A stretch of DNA of 64,000 nt, from the NCBI GenBank assembly GCA_964035545.1, contig OZ037770.1:7942973-8006972 (forward strand), read 5' to 3'. Of this stretch, positions 58,543 to 64,000 are shown piece after piece. A program made the position numbers and the translations under genes. Below the pieces are notes generated by a model. It had not been told where the DNA came from and did not search any database. It saw nothing but the letters and a program-made list of their open reading frames with translations. The stretch is from Bugula neritina. Its lineage: Eukaryota; Animalia; Bryozoa. Position 1 is the stretch's first letter, and each line of letters opens with the position of its first letter.

Positions 58543-61339
58543 ATGATGGACTTGTCTCTTTCCACGCCAACATCAAGTACCAGTCATAGTAATTTTGAGG
58601 AACAGAATGTTTCACATATGAAAACAAATCAGGAAAAGATTGCTGAAGGTGTTATGATGCTAGTGAAACCTTCGATTGAACATTTAGATGACCGAGTGCA
58701 CAAGGTTAGGTAAGACTTTTTCGTGAAGCATAGTAAAAACTTCTTAGTAATGTTTTCTCTAGTGTATGGGTTCATGGCACATTGAGTTTAATTCCTTCAT
58801 GTTTTTCTTTTAATTTAGGATAAGTCAAGCTGAGTTGAGTGCCAGTATTGATACAGTCGGAAATGGTATGTACAGATAACTGCTATGAGTATTCCACTTC
58901 ATAACTTGTCTACGCTTATATGATGTTGATACCTTTACTAAGAAGGGAAGACTCCATTGCAGAAAAGCAATTTTTATGATATCTACCATTATGTTACAAA
59001 CACACCAACTAAATTTTGTGCTCATAAAAATTTTTAGTGGCACTTTTATAACCAATAAGTTTTCACTTACCACATTTGTATTAATTTGAAAATTTTAGAT
59101 TGATTTGATTTTAGTGTTATGTGCTTTGTAACATATGTTCTGAAGTCGAAGAACCCCACAAATGCTTACATCTATCATATATCTTTGAACTGCAATACTG
59201 CTCGCCAGTAGCCAACAATATAAATGCACAGTTTTTAATTTAAGCTGATTGGATTAATAGTGATTGGGAAGACAATCTGTACATTTTAGCTGCTAGGATT
59301 GTCCCTGCTCAATAAGATGTTGAGCAGGGACATGGATTAGCCTATTCTTTTCACAGTAAACCAAATCACCGAGGCTCTTCCTCTGGGTTATGACATGCTT
59401 ATGAATTATATATCGAATAACAGTGAATAAATATTTTCTGTGTTTAATGTTAAGCAATCAGCAAAACAGTTTTTAAAATTGTATCCCTTTTTACTTTCTT
59501 GCATAATAAGCTAGACAAAATTGTAGCATAGAATATGAGTATTGATAGAATATTAGTTAGTGCAATGCAATCATAGCTCATTTGAAATTTATTTCTCCAT
59601 ATTTCTTATGCTATGTAAGTAAGTCTCTTCTTCTAACCATAAAAAAATTCTAGTTAGTGGTAGGCCACACCAACTAGGACTTTGACAGTAACATATGTTA
59701 TATAATGTAGTTTACAATAGTGTACTGCTAGTGACAACACGGTATGTGGTAGATCACATGGACAACTATAAAGTCTTAACTAAATCTGTCAACAGAGCTT
59801 TCTGTTGATTGAATGATGTAATCTGAACTTTTTCTCTCTGCTCTAGCATGATGTTTCAATTTCAGAATTGAAGCAGATTGCGGATAACATGCCGAATCCT
59901 CAGCGGTTGGATCCACATATAAAGAGGCTGGGCAATGCCCGTCGTAAAGTGAACATAGTGAACAGCATACTACATAACTGTCAGGTGTGTGTCTGCTACA
60001 CTGTCTCTAGTTACTATGGCTTCAGTTCGTCTCCACATCCTAGGTTATATGGGTCATTTTATTTAATTTAGTGCACACTGGAAATCTCCAGTTTTTAGCT
60101 ATTTTTTACAATTTAGCTGCTAATTAACATGGGTTTTTGCCCAAAACTAGTAAAATATGAATGAACACACCTAAATAATCAAAATTCCTCTTAATTTTGC
60201 TTGATTTCCCATGCTTTTTCCTAATTATTCAGCTACTTTTGATTTTGGAGAGTTATGGTTTTTTCATAACACTCTGCAATCAAAAATTGCTGAATAATTA
60301 GGAAAAAGCATGGGAAATCAAGCAAAATTAAGAGGAACCTTAATTATTTAGGTGTGTTCATTCATATTTTACTAGTTTTGGGCAAAAACCCATGTTAATT
60401 AGCAGCTAAATTGTAAAAAATAGCTAAAATCTGGAGATTTCCAGTGTGTTCTAAATTAAGTAAAATGACCCATATATATTGTAGTGTATTATGTACCGTA
60501 TTGTATATTTTGTTGCTATATTAGTCCTGAATTTAAGTGTGTTAGGTAAACAGTAGGCTCAGGTAATATGTAAAATAAGGAGACTGAATAGTTTAACTAG
60601 GGAAACGTTCAGCATCGCATCTCAGTTGCCCACACGGCGAAGGAAAGCTAAATTATAACGTAGAGCTTTGTAAGATATTTGACTGCAGGAGTAAACAAGT
60701 AATGTAACTTGATACTTCATCTCTGAATACAGTATGACATTCTGACTTGTAGTTCTTCAGTTGTTTTGTCAATTGTATGTCTGTTTGTCCCAGGAGCGTC
60801 TGAGGAAGCTGCACACACAGATTGGGAAGGAAACTCATAGACGAGAGCAGCAGCTAGGTAGATCAGCTCAGCTCAGCAGCACATCTAGACAGTCATATCC
60901 TGCGGGTAGAGTGAAGGAGGAGGCGGGGCAGCAACAACAGCTTTTACAGGGGAACACTCCAGACCTTCCAGATGTTTCCATATTGAGTGATACACAACAT
61001 GTTGCAAAATGCCATGAAGAAACAACCAACCAAGGAAACTTAGCTAATGAGCTCCCTCTCACACAACCTGCTCCTGATGTATCACCTCTCACACAACCTG
61101 CACCTGATGTATCACCTCCCACACAACCTGCTCCTGATGTATCACCTCTCACACAACCTGCACCTAATGTGTCGCCTCCCACACAAACTGCACCTGATGT
61201 ATCACCTCTCACACAACCTGCTCCTGATGTATCACCTCCCACACAACCTGCACCTGATGTATCACCTCCCACACAACCTGCACCTAATGTGTCATCATCC
61301 ACTGAGAGTACTCAGTCAACTGACACCAACACAACATGA
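58543..61339 (+). CDS. SNAPIN: SNARE-associated protein Snapin / BLOC-1 subunit 7, ~292 aa. Exons 58543-58709, 58819-58865, 59866-59984, 60794-61339
   Basis: IAEGVMMLVKPSIEHLDDRVHKVRISQAEL, LDPHIKRLGNARRKVNIVNSILHNCQERLRKLH..IGKET match Snapin; phases consistent. Confidence 0.9.
60047..60475. mobile_element. Near-perfect palindromic (fold-back) MITE in SNAPIN intron 3
   Basis: Arms of about 200 bp (ATATGGGTCATTTTA... / ...TAAAATGACCCATAT), spacer about 30 bp, TA-rich flanks. Confidence 0.85.
61053..61295 (+). repeat. Coding 30-bp tandem repeat, 8 copies, (TQPAPDVSP[L/P])n
   Basis: In frame within the SNAPIN last exon. Confidence 0.93.
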
Positions 61340-64000
61340 TGCTTGTGTAGAACTATTACTATTTATAATGAAACAGGGGCTGCAGATGCAATGGTTATGC
61401 TCAACTTGGCTCGTTTTCATATTGTATTTTATTCAACTTTTCAGATAAGCGTAATGATGTTAAGAATAAAATGCTATGCATTCCTAATTTATTACCTTTC
61501 ATACATGCATATAATTCAAAAATTGTTAGCAGTTCTTCGCATAGAAATAAAATATATTTATTTAGAATTCAACTGCCCATTCAATTGAGCAAACGTTAAT
61601 CTAGTCAAAGAAAATCATTGAAAATAAAACTAGGGCTGCTGACATAAGCTTGAGAATGCATTTGTCTGCTTAATTGTGTCCTAAAGGTGACAATTCCTTT
61701 AATTCATATATGAAACTCGTAAGTTTATAGTCACTCATGTAGGTTTATAGCCCAAGCTAGCAAAACCCACTAATAGAAGAGGGCTTTCCTAACTCGGGCT
61801 AAGAACTTATTTAGATGGGGCACAGAAGCAATCATGCCGATGCTCTTCCTATCGTCACCAAAGGCCTTTATCAGTCCCTGATAACCGAATTTAATTAGAC
61901 GTGTTCACAAAAAGATAACACAATATTATTATTGCTCATATACGTAGATTAACACTGACGGCAACATTTTCATTACAACGGGAAAAATTAAAAAGCGGAA
62001 GCAAGTATAATATCGATCCGCACCAAATAATTCGTCCATGCTTTGAAAACACAAAATGAAAAATAAAGCTTCGAGTCAAATTGATTATTAAACACAGTGA
62101 CTGGTACTAGTAATTCTGCTGGACCGAGACTATGTAAACAGGTACTATTAGTACTATTACTACTAATAGTATTACTACTATTTATGTTTAAATTTCTTTT
62201 TCACAAATTTTTCATCATCATCATGAGACTCAGACTCAGACTGGGTCATAAAATATAAATATTAAAATAGACATGCTGATAGTGATACTCATAGTGATAG
62301 TAGTACTAGTAATACACATAGTGATATACTAGTAAAAAATAGTAATACTACTACTACTGCTGAGTAGTAATAGTAGTACTAGTAGTAGTACTACCGATAA
62401 CTACGTCTACTGGCAGTAGACGTAGTACTACTAGACTTGTACTTGTAGTACTAGTACTCAGTAGTAGTAGTACTGCTACTACTAGTACTCTGTACTGTAC
62501 TAGTACTATTAGTAGTATTAGTAATAGTAGTCGACTGGTCCGGTTATAAAATGCCATTGTCATTGTGATTGGCATTACATCAATGATTATGATTACATCA
62601 TACATGATATGCCGTGATAATTGCTGAAAACATAAACTCACATAGACACCAATAGAAACTGTAAGTATGTTATATCGTGATTTATAAACATGTGTAGTTA
62701 TCTTCTCTTGTTATTAAGTGTGTGTAGAGTGTACAACTCTAAGATATTAGATATAGCGTGGGTGTGGCTTGTGTGAGCATTGTAGCTATATAACCTAGTG
62801 TAAATGGTAGAATGGGGAGACTTTAGATTGGTTGAAGAACGATTGAGGATATTTATGTAGAATGTATGCGACCCAATTAGAATGTGTTAGAGTACGTTTG
62901 TGAGTGCTAGCCCAAGACCATAGACTGAGGAGCACCACCAGCCAACTACTCTAACCCAGAGTCTCAACTTCACCCCTACCGGACGGACAGGAGCTGGAGT
63001 TACCTCACAGCCAAGCCATTAACCCGAAACTGTACACCGACCTCAAGTTCATCTCAAGGCTACGATATATATATATTATTCGATGAGTTTACGATACTCA
63101 AAATTAGTAAAACCCACCAGCCTGATCCCTATATAGAGATATACTCGCCCTAGTAAATACAACAAATACACATTATCTACGTGGTCCTCTAAGTCCTAAT
63201 TACATATATATTGATATACGCTGGTCCCACGATACTTCAATTTTGGTCGCAGCCTTTTCCCAAGCCATATGACGTGCTTGATATGCCTTTAATTGCCATT
63301 AGTGTAGAATACAAGCTGATAAATGTAGGTACTCACAGCAGATTCAAGATAGTTGGTATATAGAATAAATTATGTTAATCCTAGGCGATTTTATATTAAT
63401 AAGAGGGGCTCCTTAAAATTAGATTTATGGTCATGCATTCAGATGGTCATTAAATCAAAATGATTTATCTGGCAACTTCTGTCAGATTAAAAGGTTACTA
63501 GATTTAACTTGAAAGTAGGCCTAGACTTAAATTGCAGGTGTCTCATATTATTCATTAATCCAGAATAATAGTAATTAATGCTTTCTTTAAAGATAGGGCT
63601 ACACAGCCTCAACCCATTTACAAATGACTATATATAGTTACAAATTACGTAGTTTGAGAAAACCCTGCATACTTTCTGATTTTAAGATTTAATTTATAAT
63701 GTTTAGCTAAATATGGAATTTAAATTTAAGTCTTTCTAACTCATTTAACTTTTACAGCATATAAGATTTTCTCAGAACACATATGTTCTGTGCTTTTCCT
63801 AATAACATATAATGCTGTGCAACTATTTAATTCAGTTAAGTTTGTCAAAGATGGATCACTCTAGTGTACAGTTGAAATTTCAACAAGAAAACCTTCAACA
63901 TTTCGAAGTTGCTTATATGGCTTTTATGTATTCATTTTCTATAATAGATTATTAATTGACAGTAACGCTGCCTGTTCACCCGCATTTCAAAGTACAGTAT

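Noticed and set aside
62660-63255. Possible solo LTR (TGTAAG...TTACA, nearby TGGTCGCAGC)
   Set aside because: No matching TSD, second LTR or coding sequence in the window.

Overview
Eukaryotic, AT-rich animal (invertebrate-like) genomic DNA. Three spliced host genes are recognisable: an ELAV-RRM3-like/RGG protein (minus strand, ~111-2313), THOC6 (minus strand, 41800-53420) and SNAPIN with a long repetitive C-terminal extension (plus strand, 58543-61339). The dominant feature is a complete but decaying Polinton/Maverick (adintovirus-like) endogenous virus at 7160-36429, with AGTAGT...ACTACT ends and a 6-bp AATTTC target-site duplication (TSD). Its ~1.27 kb terminal inverted repeats (TIRs) carry the whole adenain protease gene plus the 3' end of the major capsid gene. 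Several of its genes are spliced, including an intron inside polymerase motif B. Three LTR retroelements are nested in the left TIR. Two are related Gypsy elements (TSD ATAT) that share an extra, probably spliced, zinc-finger/coiled-coil gene downstream of pol. The third has no visible tRNA primer-binding site (PBS) and a DIRS-like RNase H. An intact Mag-like Gypsy element with identical LTRs sits in a THOC6 intron. MITEs, a LINE fragment and many mini/microsatellites fill the rest. Coordinates were counted by eye and may be off by a few bases, and no database searches were run.
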